DNA from: an uncultured Nitrososphaerota archaeon
GTDB lineage: Archaea > Thermoproteota > Nitrososphaeria > Conexivisphaerales > DTJL01
Direction: 5' to 3'
DNA length: 64,000 nt
Assembly (NCBI GenBank): GCA_963842885.1
Contig: CAWJIE010000002.1
Span: 192,001-256,000 of the forward strand
A program made the translations under genes and the position numbers. The first letter of the stretch is position 1. Each line of letters opens with the position of its first letter. Positions 1 through 10,639 of the stretch are shown here, piece after piece. The notes under the pieces were generated by a model. It made no database searches. It saw nothing but the letters and a program-made list of their open reading frames with translations, and had not been told where the DNA came from.

Positions 1-357
1 GGCGGCGTAGTACACCGGACCGTGAAGAGGGTAGGCGGCGTAGGTCAGGCTGAAGAGGAAGGTCAGGTAGCCGCCCATGGCCATGGATTGCCACATCCTG
101 AGCTTGTACTTCCCGCGCGAAACGGTGAGGACGGTCATGAAGATTATGAACCCGCCAATCATCAGCTGCCCGCCGGCAAGCAGGAGGCAAGGGATGAGGA
201 AGAGGTCGAACCCCACCTTCAGACGATAGCTCGAGTCGGGGAGACCGGGGATGAGGATGTCAAGAAAGAATGCGTATGTCGTGAAGGCGAGGATCAGGAA
301 GGTGACAGCCAGCACCTTGTACCTGGTGAGCTTGTCGGAAGGCTGGAGCGAGCCCAA
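1..357 (-). CDS. Multi-pass membrane protein, hypothetical (runs off window start)
   Basis: Own translation, not in ORF track: TTG at 357, MGSLQPSDKLTRYKVLAVTFLILAFTTYAFFLDIL...YLTFLFSLTYAAYP; several hydrophobic segments; follows the CAAX protease gene on the same strand. Confidence 0.65.
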   Translation of the reverse strand, partial: MGSLQPSDKLTRYKVLAVTFLILAFTTYAFFLDILIPGLPDSSYRLKVGFDLFLIPCLLLAGGQLMIGGFIIFMTVLTVSRGKYKLRMWQSMAMGGYLTFLFSLTYAAYPLHGPVYYAA

Positions 358-364
358 GGCAGTT

Positions 365-1174
365 CTAAACGAAGAGCTTGTTACTGAATCTTGACGAGAG
401 GAACCTTTCCTCCAAGATGAGCCCACGCGCCTGAGCGGCCGCTAACTCAGCTGGAAATGCGCCTCCTACGTAAGGCACCGCTGCCTTCCTCTGCGCTTGG
501 GCTATCTCCAGGATCGCGAGTGCGAGGTCCACCATCATGATGACCCCCAGGGCCGCATAGGAAACGTATCCGAAGGGGGAGGCCGGCAGGGCGGTGCTGA
601 GGTAGGCGAACAGGTTCCATGCGGCGTGGATGCTGGCCGTGACGTAGACGCTCCGGGTGACCAAGAAGACGGGGGCGTAGACCAAGCCCAAGAGCACGAG
701 GATAGTCAGTGAGATGGGGTCCTGGAACTGCTGAGCCCCGAGGTGGAAGACGGCGAAGAGGACGGCGGAGGCCACGGAGGCGGTGACCATGCCCAGCCCT
801 CGAAGGCGTCCCGCCACGTACCCCCGGAAGAAGATCTCCTCGCACAGAGGGGCGACGACCACCGCGAACATTATGGTGGGGGCGATGTCGGACTGCCACA
901 GCATCGGCACGAAGACGAGAGGGAGAAGGAGAGCGGCCGCGAAGCACTTCCAAGACAGGGCGGTGGCCCCTCTAAGGCCCTGCTCGGAGGCGAAGTCCGA
1001 CCTCCTCAGCCTCGCGGAGACCAGAGGGATCCCCACCAGGAGGCCCAGATAGGTCGCCAGCGCCGCGGAGACGTAATGATATGAGGGGGAGTTCACCAGG
1101 ACGACGGCCCCGAGGGAGACGGCGAAGGCTAGGCCCAGCTCCAGGACGTCGCGAAATGCCGGCTTCGCCAACAT
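365..1174 (-). CDS. CPBP family (type II CAAX/Abi) intramembrane glutamic endopeptidase
   Basis: EEIFFRG, FAVFH and HAAWN motifs; multiple TM helices. Confidence 0.9.
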   Translation of the reverse strand: MLAKPAFRDVLELGLAFAVSLGAVVLVNSPSYHYVSAALATYLGLLVGIPLVSARLRRSDFASEQGLRGATALSWKCFAAALLLPLVFVPMLWQSDIAPTIMFAVVVAPLCEEIFFRGYVAGRLRGLGMVTASVASAVLFAVFHLGAQQFQDPISLTILVLLGLVYAPVFLVTRSVYVTASIHAAWNLFAYLSTALPASPFGYVSYAALGVIMMVDLALAILEIAQAQRKAAVPYVGGAFPAELAAAQARGLILEERFLSSRFSNKLFV

Positions 1175-1393
1175 CCTTGAGTGGCGCTCACTCGATATAT
1201 GAACTGTAACCCATTGGGCGCCGCTTCAGATGCCCGTCCAAGTGGGACGGGGTGCCACGCTGGGTAACCCGCAGAGGCAGAGTGGCCTCTGGGAAGAGGA
1301 GAAGCAGTCTGCGACAGCTGGTCCCCTGTGCCCGCCCTTACATCAACTTGGACCCGGCAGAAGGTCGCCGATCATCCCGCGGGAACGAGAGTC

Positions 1394-3817
1394 CTAGCCG
1401 GAGGGATGCCAGGAAATAGGGAACGTAAGCGTGAACGTGGTTCCCTTCCCAGGTTCGCTGTCTACGGAAATCGTGCCTCTGTGGGCTTCCACGAGCCTCT
1501 TGCAGATGGCCAGCCCCAGGCCCGTGCCCTTTGGCTTCGTCGTGAAGAAGGGTGTGAAGAGCTTCCCCATGTTCTCCTTCGATATCCCCTGGCCGGTGTC
1601 CGCAAAGGAGAGGACAACGGTCCTCTGATGAACGACCATCCCGATCGTGAGGGTCCCTCCCTTGGGCATGGCGTCGATGGCGTTGAAGATGATGTTCTGG
1701 AAAATCCTGACCAGGTAGGTGGAGTCTCCGGAGACCGGCGCTTCGGGAAACGGCTTCGTCACGATCCTGACGTGGGCAGGAACTGAGACCTGCCTGAGAG
1801 CCGACCTGACCACCCTGCCGAGGTCCAGCTCCTTCATCTTCAGCTTCGTCTTCTTGGAGAAGTCGAAGAGGTCGGCGATGATCCCGTTGGCGTGGACCAG
1901 GCTCTCGTCCATGGACTTGAGCACTCCCTGCAGTTTCCTCCTCTCCCTTTCTGGAAGGACGTTCTGCAGGTAGAAGAGGTCGGTCCGGACGGCGGTGAGG
2001 GGGCTCCTCAGGTCATGGCCCACCTGGGCGGCCACGCTCCCGATGGCGGCCAAGCGCTCCGCCTTCAGCAGCTGCCTGTTGGATTCGTTAAGCTCCCTGG
2101 TCCTCTCCTTGACCATCTCCTCCAGCTTGGTGCTGTACCTCTTCAGGTCCTCCTCCATGATCTTCCTGTCGGTGATGTCCGTGCCCACGCTGAGTATTAT
2201 GGGCTCGCCGCCGGTGTCCTTCGCAACGTTGTTGCTCCAGTGGACCCAGACCCTCGTGCCATCCTTCTTGGTGTTCTCGTTGACGCTGTTGGCGTAGCTT
2301 TCGGGGTGGGCGTAGATGTCCTCGATAAGCGTGCCCAGGTCCCTCCCCGTCGACTCGGTCTTCGGGGCGATGGTGCCAACCACCCCTTTCCCGATGAGCT
2401 CCTTCTCGGGGAACCCGAAGAACTCCTCCCCGTATTCGTTGATGCTGAGTATCCTGCCCTTCATGTCCTGCTTGAGGATGATGCTGCGGGCGTTCTCCAC
2501 CAGCTCCCGATACTTCTCCTCGGAGGAGCGCAGCGCCTCCTCGTTCTTCTTTATCTGGGTGAGGTCCGTCACGGAGACTATGACTCGCGAATAGGTCTTC
2601 TCGGAACCCGGCGGTATGATGTACCTGACGACGACGGGGATGAGCTTCTCTCTAAGGGTCTTGTTCTGGGTCTCGGTCTCGAACTCCCTGCGCCCTTCCG
2701 CCAGCGCCACGAACCTGTCGACGAAACCGGCCACTGCCTCTTCGCTGAGGATCTGATAGAGATTGTTCAGCTCCCCCTTGCCGCCGGCTTCGTAGAGGCG
2801 AACGAGAGCCGCGTTGGCGTCGATGAGCTTCACCTTCCCGACCAGCCTTTTGACTTCGCCAGGGTTCGCCGCGAGGTGCTCCCTGAGCGATCTGATGCCC
2901 CGCCGAGCCATGACGTCCAGCTCGGCCTTCGCCACGGAGAAGTCCTCCACCATCAGTGCGACAGGGCATTCTTCGAAGAGCGTCCTATACCTCCGTTCGC
3001 TCTCGAGGAGGGCCGCCTCCATCGTCTTCCGCTCGGTGATGTCGTAGACGAGGCCGATGATCCCTAAGATTCGGCCGCGTTCACCCTTCAAAGGGAGCTT
3101 GGTGGTTTCAGCCACCATGGCTTTCCCTCTTTCCGCCCATGGCCCCTCCCAGTGGATGGCCTCGCCTGTTGTCAGCACCCTGTTGTCGTCGGCGGCGTAC
3201 TTGTCCGCCAGCGCCCTGCTGGTGATGTCGTAGTCCGTCTTCCCGACGATCTCCGACTTGCTGAAGCCGACCACATCGCAGAACCTCCTGTTGGCGGTCA
3301 TGAAGCGGCCCCGGGTATCCTTGAGAAACGCGTACGCGGGGATGCTGTCCAGGAGAGTGCTCACCTCCCTTTCCGTCAGCCGAAGCTTCTCCTCCATCTC
3401 CCTCCTTTCGGTGATGTCTTCCAGCAGGGCTACTATGGAAGACGGGGAGAGGTCGGCGTCCCTGACGACCGAGATCGTCATGTGCCCCCGGCGCGCGACC
3501 CCCTCCTTCGTGCTGAACCTGACCTCCGCCTGATGGCTGTCCGTGAGACCGGCGAGGAGCTCCAAATAGGCAGCCTTGTTCCTTGCCTCGTCTTCGGGGT
3601 GGATGATTGCCTCCCAGTCCATCCCCTTGAGCTCGTAGAGCTCGTACCCCAGCATCTTGCAAAGCGCGGGATTCGCATCGATGATGGTGCGCTCGACATC
3701 CACTACGGCAACACCGACGGCGGCCCTCTGGAAGATGGTTCTAAATCTGGCCTCGGCCTCTCGGACGGTGACCTCGGTGGGCCGCGCTCCAGGTCCAGAG
3801 TCCATGATGTCGCTCAA
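1394..3817 (-). CDS. Cytoplasmic multi-PAS sensor histidine kinase (HK1)
   Basis: Four PAS/PAC-like repeats (DITER...), H-box VGHDLRSPL, N-box NIIFNAIDAM, DTGQG, FTPFFTTK, GTGLGL. Confidence 0.93.
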   Translation of the reverse strand: MSDIMDSGPGARPTEVTVREAEARFRTIFQRAAVGVAVVDVERTIIDANPALCKMLGYELYELKGMDWEAIIHPEDEARNKAAYLELLAGLTDSHQAEVRFSTKEGVARRGHMTISVVRDADLSPSSIVALLEDITERREMEEKLRLTEREVSTLLDSIPAYAFLKDTRGRFMTANRRFCDVVGFSKSEIVGKTDYDITSRALADKYAADDNRVLTTGEAIHWEGPWAERGKAMVAETTKLPLKGERGRILGIIGLVYDITERKTMEAALLESERRYRTLFEECPVALMVEDFSVAKAELDVMARRGIRSLREHLAANPGEVKRLVGKVKLIDANAALVRLYEAGGKGELNNLYQILSEEAVAGFVDRFVALAEGRREFETETQNKTLREKLIPVVVRYIIPPGSEKTYSRVIVSVTDLTQIKKNEEALRSSEEKYRELVENARSIILKQDMKGRILSINEYGEEFFGFPEKELIGKGVVGTIAPKTESTGRDLGTLIEDIYAHPESYANSVNENTKKDGTRVWVHWSNNVAKDTGGEPIILSVGTDITDRKIMEEDLKRYSTKLEEMVKERTRELNESNRQLLKAERLAAIGSVAAQVGHDLRSPLTAVRTDLFYLQNVLPERERRKLQGVLKSMDESLVHANGIIADLFDFSKKTKLKMKELDLGRVVRSALRQVSVPAHVRIVTKPFPEAPVSGDSTYLVRIFQNIIFNAIDAMPKGGTLTIGMVVHQRTVVLSFADTGQGISKENMGKLFTPFFTTKPKGTGLGLAICKRLVEAHRGTISVDSEPGKGTTFTLTFPISWHPSG

Positions 3818-3955
3818 GGGCGGACCACGAAGGATGTCCGGAAGTCACCAGGGTATGCGCCTTCGCGTGAAGCTAACCGAGGCAACTGACCTTTAGGAAC
3901 CTGTGCGCTCTATAACCGTTGCGCCTTTGTGCGCGACACCATGAAGGAGACCTAT

Positions 3956-4168
3956 CTATAGCTGGCCCACCAGCTTGGCGACGGCGCGGTGGAAGTCATG
4001 GATCGAGCGCACGGGTGGAGCGTACATCAGGATGCACTTCCCGGAAACGGCCTCTAAGCCCAGCTCTTTGGCGATCGCAAGGGCCTCCGAGGGCTCTGCT
4101 CCCCTCTGCAGCCAGACCTTGCGCATGTCGCGAGCCCCGAATTCCCGCAGGGGCGCCGCAATCGCCTG
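3956..4168 (-). pseudogene. C-terminal fragment of a CoA-binding (YccU-like) protein
   Basis: Own translation: QAIAAPLREFGARDMRKVWLQRGAEPSEALAIAKELGLEAVSGKCILMYAPPVRSIHDFHRAVAKLVGQL*; in-frame TAA upstream, N-terminal half missing. Confidence 0.6.
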
Positions 4169-4221
4169 TTACCGCCAAGAGGGAGGGGAGGCTACGCACG
4201 TCTTACAAGGGATGAGGGAGG

Positions 4222-5025
4222 TCAGATGTACACAGCGGAGAGCATGCCGTAGTACGTCGGGCAGGAGTAGCTGCAGCACGCTGGCTTCAGGCCCTTCCCC
4301 TTGAGGGCACCGTGCAGGATGAGCATCTGCCAGAGGCTGTCCGGCTTGGCCCTTTCTACGAACGCGGGATCGAAGCGCAAGAGTCCCTTCAACCTGTCCG
4401 ACCTTACGAGGGAAGCCACCTTCGCGTCGTACTCCTCTGATGCCCTGTCGAAGCCGTATGGGCCCGATTCCTTGTGAGCGTGTCCCTGGTCGGCGCTGGC
4501 GACGAAGGCCACCCTTGTCGCCGCCCCCCTGGCCGCCTCGCCGACGCATTCCCCCATGGCTACAAGGTCGGCCCAAGGGATCTCTCTGGATGGGGTGACG
4601 AGGACAATTCCAACCTTCCTGGGGAGGAACCAGAGGGGGACCATCGTTCCCCAGTCCAGAGGCATCCTCGATTCGGGGCCTGAGCTGGTGCCGAAGTTGA
4701 CAGCTACGACCGGGAGGCCCCTCTTCTCGGCCGACTCAAGTATCGAATCGGCCAGCCGCACGTCGCACTTCCAGGAGAGCGAGAGCCTCTTCTCTCCCTC
4801 CTCCAGCGTTCCGGCGCAGCTCTCGGTCCTCACGACGCCTATCTTCCCTTCTATCCTAAGGTTGTGAGGGGAGGCTATGACGACGATCCGGGGGTTCCTG
4901 CTGGCGACGAGGGAGGCGGCTTTTCTCATCCCTTTCGTCACGTCAGAGAAGTCGGCATTTCCCTCCCTGAACCCCGGTATCGCGGCCGTGCCGTGCGGCA
5001 GGATGGCTGCTGAAACCAGCGGCAT
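4222..5025 (-). CDS. Class III extradiol ring-cleavage dioxygenase family protein (LigB/MEMO-like)
   Basis: PHG, SPHN, LDWG, ASADQGHAH and YYGM motifs. Confidence 0.8.
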   Translation of the reverse strand: MPLVSAAILPHGTAAIPGFREGNADFSDVTKGMRKAASLVASRNPRIVVIASPHNLRIEGKIGVVRTESCAGTLEEGEKRLSLSWKCDVRLADSILESAEKRGLPVVAVNFGTSSGPESRMPLDWGTMVPLWFLPRKVGIVLVTPSREIPWADLVAMGECVGEAARGAATRVAFVASADQGHAHKESGPYGFDRASEEYDAKVASLVRSDRLKGLLRFDPAFVERAKPDSLWQMLILHGALKGKGLKPACCSYSCPTYYGMLSAVYI

Positions 5026-5266
5026 GGCTGTAGCTGACGCCGCCGAGGCTTATCAGCGCTTCGAACCACCAAACGTACTTGCAGAGGAGGAGGAAGCGCA
5101 TGTGAACGCACGGTCGACAGAACCGACCAGGCCCTCTGCACGATTCTTCTGGCCAACTGAAGGCGGCTGATGGTGTTTCCCCCCGGTCGAGAGGTTAAAT
5201 ACGGCCGGAGCCGTTCAGCCGTCGCTTGACTAGGGCCGCCCCAAGAGGGGCTACAGGGAGGGCGAA

Positions 5267-5804
5267 ATGAGAGCCATCGTCCTCTACGACACTCGCTATA
5301 GGAACACCGAGAGCGTGGCCAGGGCGCTGGCGCGGGGAGTCGAGGAATCTGGGGTCAGGACGAGATGCGGCAGCATCGCCGAGGCCGACGTCAAGGGCCT
5401 AACCGAGTTCGACTTGATAGCCGTCGGCGGGCCCACTCACTTCAGGACCGCGTCGCAGCCCATGCAGGAGTTCCTCAACTCCCTTGAAGGGGTCGAATTC
5501 TGCGGCCAGATGGCGTTCGCCTTCGACACCAGGAGGGACTCTTACTGGGCCGGCAGCGCGGCAAAGTACATCGAGAGGAAGCTTCGCTCTCGGGGCCTCA
5601 CTATGATTCTGGCCTCCGATGTCGGCGCGCGTGTTCATCCCCGAGGAGGACGAAGACAGAGGCGTCACACTCACCAAGGAGGAGCGGAAGGAGAGGAAAA
5701 GGAGCAGTGTGAGGCTCGCAGAGAAGATGGAGGAGCTCTTCCAGAGGACGGGAAGAGAGATGGGCAGGACGCTCTCGAAGGCTCCGTCCCATCCCGAAGT
5801 CTAG
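5267..5804 (+). CDS. Flavodoxin family protein (one frameshift near 5615)
   Basis: IVLYDTRYRNTESVA, VGGPTH, AFAFDTR, GSAAKYIERKL; continues in ORF 5619..5804. Confidence 0.8.
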
Positions 5805-7057
5805 GAGATGACCTCGCCGCCGCGACCGCTGAAGTCCTTGAGGGTCCTGTGAGGGAAGACCTTGTTGCCGTTGAGGACGCACCCCTCTCCTATGCTCACG
5901 TCGTCACCCAGCACGGAGAGACCGACCACCCACGTAGGCTTCTCCCTGCTGGATCCGATGCGGGCGTGCCTGCCGACGATGCTCTGGCGCACATCAGCCC
6001 CGTCGCCGACGACGACCCTGTCCATTAGGGAGGAGTTCTCGATCGTCACTCCCTCGCCTAGGACGCAGAAGTTGTCGATGCAGGAGTTCCTGATGGTGGT
6101 GCCGTCGCCGATTTGGCAGTGGCGGCCCACGAGCACCGAGCCCTCCAGCCGTATCTTGCCCTCCCTGACCTTCTCCACTATCACCCTTCTCCTCTTCTCC
6201 GAATCGAGGGAGTTGCCCTTGATCCAGACCCTCTCGAGCCCGTTGACGGGCTCGCCCAGGTAGAAGGAGGTACGCCGGCCACCCAGGACCTTCTCCATGG
6301 TCCGGAGGTAACCCTTGGGCGTCCCCACGTCGAACCACTCTCCTTTCATGGTGTACCCGTAGACCGGGTGGCCGCCGTCGGTCATGAAGGGGATGAAGTC
6401 CATCCCGAAGTCGAGGCGCTTCTTGCCGCGTATCATCTCCTGAACGTGGGGATCGTCGAACACTTTGCGCACGCCGGCGGAGAGAAGGTAGATGCCGGCG
6501 TTGGCCAGGTTCGACGGCGCCTCATCCTTGGCGGGCTTCTCGACGAACCTGCGGATCCTCCCTCCATCGGCGACGTCGGCCACGCCGTAGCCTTCCACGT
6601 CGTCCACCGGGGTGAGGACCACCGTCATGGCGGCCCTCTTCTTCTCATGGAAGGAGAGGAGGTCCCTGAGGTCCAGGTTGAAGAGGTTGTCTCCCTGGAC
6701 GACGATCACGGGCCCGTCGATGTCGAAATACTCCATGTTGATGCGGACGGAGTCGGCGCTGCCGACGTCTTCGACGTTGGGCTGGTACTTGATGTGGACC
6801 CTGGGGGAGATGCCATATTCAGCCGAGAATCCGACGCCGTCTTTCAGATAGTCCATCAGGGAGACGTAGTTGACGTAGCCCTTCACGCCCATGACGAAGT
6901 TCCTGACCCCCTGCTGGGCCAGCTCGGCCATGGCGAACTCGACCATGGGCTTGCAGAAAATCCGCACCACGGCCTTCGAGACCTCCGCAGTGAGAGGCTT
7001 GAGCCGCTTGGCCTCCCCCCCGACGGGTATGATGGCTTTGAGGTCTGAAGGGTTCAA
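5801..7057 (-). CDS. NDP-sugar synthase (sugar-1-phosphate nucleotidyltransferase with left-handed beta-helix C-terminus)
   Basis: VGGEAKRLKPLT, QGDN, FVEKP, NAGIY, WFDVG; hexapeptide repeats. Confidence 0.9.
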   Translation of the reverse strand: MNPSDLKAIIPVGGEAKRLKPLTAEVSKAVVRIFCKPMVEFAMAELAQQGVRNFVMGVKGYVNYVSLMDYLKDGVGFSAEYGISPRVHIKYQPNVEDVGSADSVRINMEYFDIDGPVIVVQGDNLFNLDLRDLLSFHEKKRAAMTVVLTPVDDVEGYGVADVADGGRIRRFVEKPAKDEAPSNLANAGIYLLSAGVRKVFDDPHVQEMIRGKKRLDFGMDFIPFMTDGGHPVYGYTMKGEWFDVGTPKGYLRTMEKVLGGRRTSFYLGEPVNGLERVWIKGNSLDSEKRRRVIVEKVREGKIRLEGSVLVGRHCQIGDGTTIRNSCIDNFCVLGEGVTIENSSLMDRVVVGDGADVRQSIVGRHARIGSSREKPTWVVGLSVLGDDVSIGEGCVLNGNKVFPHRTLKDFSGRGGEVIS

Positions 7058-7126
7058 TTGGAGCCGACTAATCCATATATACGCAGGAGGGGGGGTTTAT
7101 CTTTGTCTGAGATGGGGATTCTTGGA
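7058..7126. promoter_or_regulatory. Compact divergent promoter region
   Basis: 69-bp gap with TATA-like boxes (CATATATAC near 7074-7082, GTTTATC near 7095-7101) 20-30 bp from each start. Confidence 0.5.
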
Positions 7127-8674
7127 ATGAAGAGCATCCTCCTGATATTCGAGGTCCACCAGCCGTTCAGGCTCAAGAGGGACTTCCTCTGGGCCAAGCG
7201 AGCCTTCAGGAAGCTCGACAAGGGAGGGCTCACGGAGCACTACTTCGACTCCGCCGCCGACAGGGAGGTCTTCGAAAGGGCGGCAAAGAAATGTTACGTG
7301 CCCGCCAACGCCGCTTTGCTGCGGGCCATCGAAAGGAACGCCGACGGCGAAAGTCCGGTGAAGCTGTCTTTCAGCCTTTCAGGGACATTCCTCGATCAGT
7401 GCGAGCTCTACGGAAAGGAAGTCCTGGAGGGGTTCAGGCAGCTCGCCAGGACTGGGAGGGTGGAGTTCCTGGGGCAGACGTACTACCATTCGCTGAGCTC
7501 CCTCTATCAGGACAAGGGCGAGTTCGAGGAGCAGGTGAGGGAGCAGGGAAGGGCCGTCAAGGAGCTCCTGGGGGCTTCCACTACCGCTTTCGAAAACACG
7601 GAGCTCGTATACAACAACTCGATAGCCAAGGCCGTCGCGAGCCTCGGGTTCAAGGCCATCTGCACGGAGGGCGCGGAGAGGGTCCTGGGCGACCGGTCTC
7701 CCAACTACATCTACGAGGCCGCTGAGAGCGGAGGCCTCAAGGTAATCCTGAGGAACTACAGGTTGACGGACGACGTGGGGTTCAGGTTCTCGGACAGGAG
7801 GTGGAGCGAATGGCCACTCACGGCCGAGAAGTACGCCTTTTGGCTGTCCAAGGCGGAGGGAGATTCCGTCTGCATCTTCCCCGACTACGAGACGTTCGGC
7901 GAGCATCACTGGCCGGAGACCGGCATACATGACTTCCTGGCCGGGCTGCCGGGGGAGATCCTGAAGAGGGGGGACTTGAAGATGGAGCTCCCCTCCGAGT
8001 ACGCCGGCCACCACGGTGCGGCGGGCGTCCTGGACGTCCCGGAACCTCAGACCATATCCTGGGCCGACATCGAGCGGGGGACGGCGAGCTGGATCGGGAA
8101 CTCCATGCAGTGGGCCTACTTTACCTCCGTGAGAGAGATGGAGCCTCTGGTGAAGGAGTCCGGGTCGCGCGACGTCATCAGGACGTGGAGGCTTCTGGGG
8201 GTGAGCGACCACCTCTACTACATGTTCACCGGAGGGGGAGGGCCGGGGACGGTACATTCGTATTTTAGCCCGCATGGGTCGGCCGCGGAGGCGTTCGTGT
8301 GCGCCCAGGCGGCGGCATTCGACTTCGAATGGAGGGTGAGGGAGATAGTCGACGCCGCCAACGAGCCATTCGAGTTCCACACCGAGGAGGGAGAGAAGGG
8401 CTTCGTCGGGGTGCGCGCGTGGAGCCTGGCGGGGTTCAGGAGAGCCCTTTCGAAGGTCCCCCCCGAAAGCCTCCTCTTCCACGTGAAGAGGGGCGACTTC
8501 GAGGCTTGGGCCGAGGGGAGCCTGAAGGATGAGGCCCTGACGAAGGAGATGGCGGAGCTCAGGCGGAGGAAGCTGAATGGTGAAACGGTCAGGGCGGAGC
8601 TACTTCGCATCTCGACTAAACAGCTGAATGCTAGGAAAGGATATCTCAAGGCCATGGGTCTGACCATAGAGTGA
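7127..8674 (+). CDS. GH57 alpha-amylase family protein with C-terminal DUF5752-like domain
   Basis: FEVHQP, QTYYHSL, FENTEL, DYETFGEH, SDHLYYM; C-terminal PFEFHT...SLLFHVKRGDFEAW; ATG 7127 preferred. Confidence 0.9.
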   Translation: MKSILLIFEVHQPFRLKRDFLWAKRAFRKLDKGGLTEHYFDSAADREVFERAAKKCYVPANAALLRAIERNADGESPVKLSFSLSGTFLDQCELYGKEVLEGFRQLARTGRVEFLGQTYYHSLSSLYQDKGEFEEQVREQGRAVKELLGASTTAFENTELVYNNSIAKAVASLGFKAICTEGAERVLGDRSPNYIYEAAESGGLKVILRNYRLTDDVGFRFSDRRWSEWPLTAEKYAFWLSKAEGDSVCIFPDYETFGEHHWPETGIHDFLAGLPGEILKRGDLKMELPSEYAGHHGAAGVLDVPEPQTISWADIERGTASWIGNSMQWAYFTSVREMEPLVKESGSRDVIRTWRLLGVSDHLYYMFTGGGGPGTVHSYFSPHGSAAEAFVCAQAAAFDFEWRVREIVDAANEPFEFHTEEGEKGFVGVRAWSLAGFRRALSKVPPESLLFHVKRGDFEAWAEGSLKDEALTKEMAELRRRKLNGETVRAELLRISTKQLNARKGYLKAMGLTIE

Positions 8675-10635
8675 GCAGCGCGATAACATTCGGCCGTGAT
8701 GTCCTCGGGAACTACGAGCAATCGAAGTCGAAGGAATGGCTCGTGACGAACGGCCTGGGGGGCTACGCCTCTTCCACGGTCATCGGCGCCAATTCGAGGG
8801 GTTACCACGGGCTGCTGGTGGCCGGGTTGCAGCCGGACCTGACCCGCGTCCTCCTGCTGTCCAAGGTCGAGGACGAGCTGCGCACCGCAAAGGGTTGGTA
8901 CCCCCTGTCGACCAACCACTATCCCGGCCTCCTCCACCCCGAGGGGTTCAAGCACCTAAAGGGGTTCGAGCTGGCCCCCGATCCGACGTGGCGCTACACC
9001 TTGGACGGGACGACCGTCCGGAAGGTCGTCTCCATGCCTCAGGGCCTCAATGCGGTGAACGTTTCATATACGGTCGAGGAGGGAGGGGGGCCGTCGGAGT
9101 TGACGATCAGGCCCCTGATCAACCACAGGGGCTTCCACGGCAGGACGAAGGAGGCGGGCGGCCTTTCCTTCTCCCAGGAGTTCGCCGGCAGCGCCGTCAG
9201 GGTCGATTCGTCGGCCGGGCCCTCCCAGCCTGTACCTGAAATGCGACCATGGGACCTACGAGGGCACCGGCGTCTGGTACCGGCACATGCTCTATGACGA
9301 GGAGGAGGAGAGGGGGTATCCCAACAGCGAAGACCATTTCAACCCGGGCGTCTTCCGGGCCATCCTCGACGTGGGGGAGGGGCTCACGCTGACGGCTTCG
9401 GTGGAGCCCCCCGCTGCCCTCCCTGGGGGACCTCCTCCTGCGCCCGGAACGGAGGGGTACGCGTCAAAGCTCGACGCGCCCTTGGCGCTGCTCGCCTGGA
9501 TGAGGCTGGCGTCCCGCCAGTTCGTCGTGACGCCGCCCGGCACCGATGACCTTACGATAGTGGCGGGGTACCACTGGTTCGGAGAGTACGGCCGCGACGC
9601 CGCTGTCTCCATCCCGGGGCTGCTCCTGGCGACGGGACGAGAGGACGCGGCCAGGGCCGTCTTCAGGAGGTTCTTCAGGGAACAGCGCGGAGGGCTCCTC
9701 CCCGTCGTCATGGATGGAGGAAATCGCTCCTGGGCCTCCGTGGACACCTCCCTGCTCTTTGTCTACGCCATGAAGAAGTACTGGGACCGGACGAAGGACA
9801 TGGCCTTCCTCAAGGAGGTCTGGGGTGGGCTCACTTCCGATCATGGAGTCCTATGCGAAGGGGACAGACTTCGGCATCAGGATGGCCGAAGACGGGCTCA
9901 TCGAGTCCCGGACGGAGGACCTTCCCCTGACCTGGATGGACGCTGTGGTGCGCGGCGCGCCGACCGTGCGAAGGTTGGCCAAGTCCGTAGAGGTCAACGC
10001 CATGTGGTACAACGCCCTGAGGAGCATGGACGCCCTGAGACGGGCGACGGGCGCCACCGATGGAGGCTACCTCGAGCTGTCGAAGAAGGTGAAGGCCTCC
10101 TTCAACAAGCAGTTCTGGTTCGCGGAGGGTGGCTACCTCTTCGGACTCCGTCGACGGAGAGCGGAGGGACGTCTCCATAAGGCCTAACCAGGTCTTCGCC
10201 ATCAGCCTACCATACGCCGTGCTGGCGGGCCAGAGGTGGAACAGAGTCCTCCACGTCGTGCAGGAGCACCTTTTCACCCCATACGGCCTAAGGAGCTTGT
10301 CGCCGAGCGACGCCAACTACAAGGGGGTATACTTCGGCAGCCCCGACCAGAGGGACTATGCCTATCATAACGGCACGGCGTGGTCCTGGCTCGCAGGGCC
10401 TTTCATTACGGCTGCCTTCAAGGCGAGAAGCGCCCCCAGGGACGCGCTGGTCCGCAGGATGTTGAACGCCTTCCTGGGGCACGTGGCCGACGCCGGCCTG
10501 GGAAGCATCTCGGAGATCTTCGACGGCAATTCACCTCACCTGCCCCGTGGCTGCATCGCCCAGGCGTGGAGCGTGGCGGAGCTTCTGAGGACCTACGACG
10601 AAGATTTAAGGAAGGCCGGGGCGACCGTCGCGTAG
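8671..10635 (+). CDS. Amylo-alpha-1,6-glucosidase / glycogen debranching enzyme (GH133), about 3 frameshifts
   Basis: EWLVTNGLGGYASST, AGYHWF, LTWMDA, VEVNAMWYNAL, IRPNQ, YHNGTAW, SISEIFD, AQAWSVAE spread over four consecutive ORFs. Confidence 0.88.
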
Positions 10636-10639
10636 GCCT

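Noticed and set aside
1210-1390. Two short hairpins in the CAAX protease-HK1 intergenic region
   Set aside because: 7-bp GC stems are unremarkable at this composition; no RNA family signature
1892-3067. Long antisense ORFs (e.g. 1892..3067, 6113..7048, 7379..8482, 11862..12974, 56455..57480)
   Set aside because: Shadow frames of well-supported genes, expected in high-GC3 DNA
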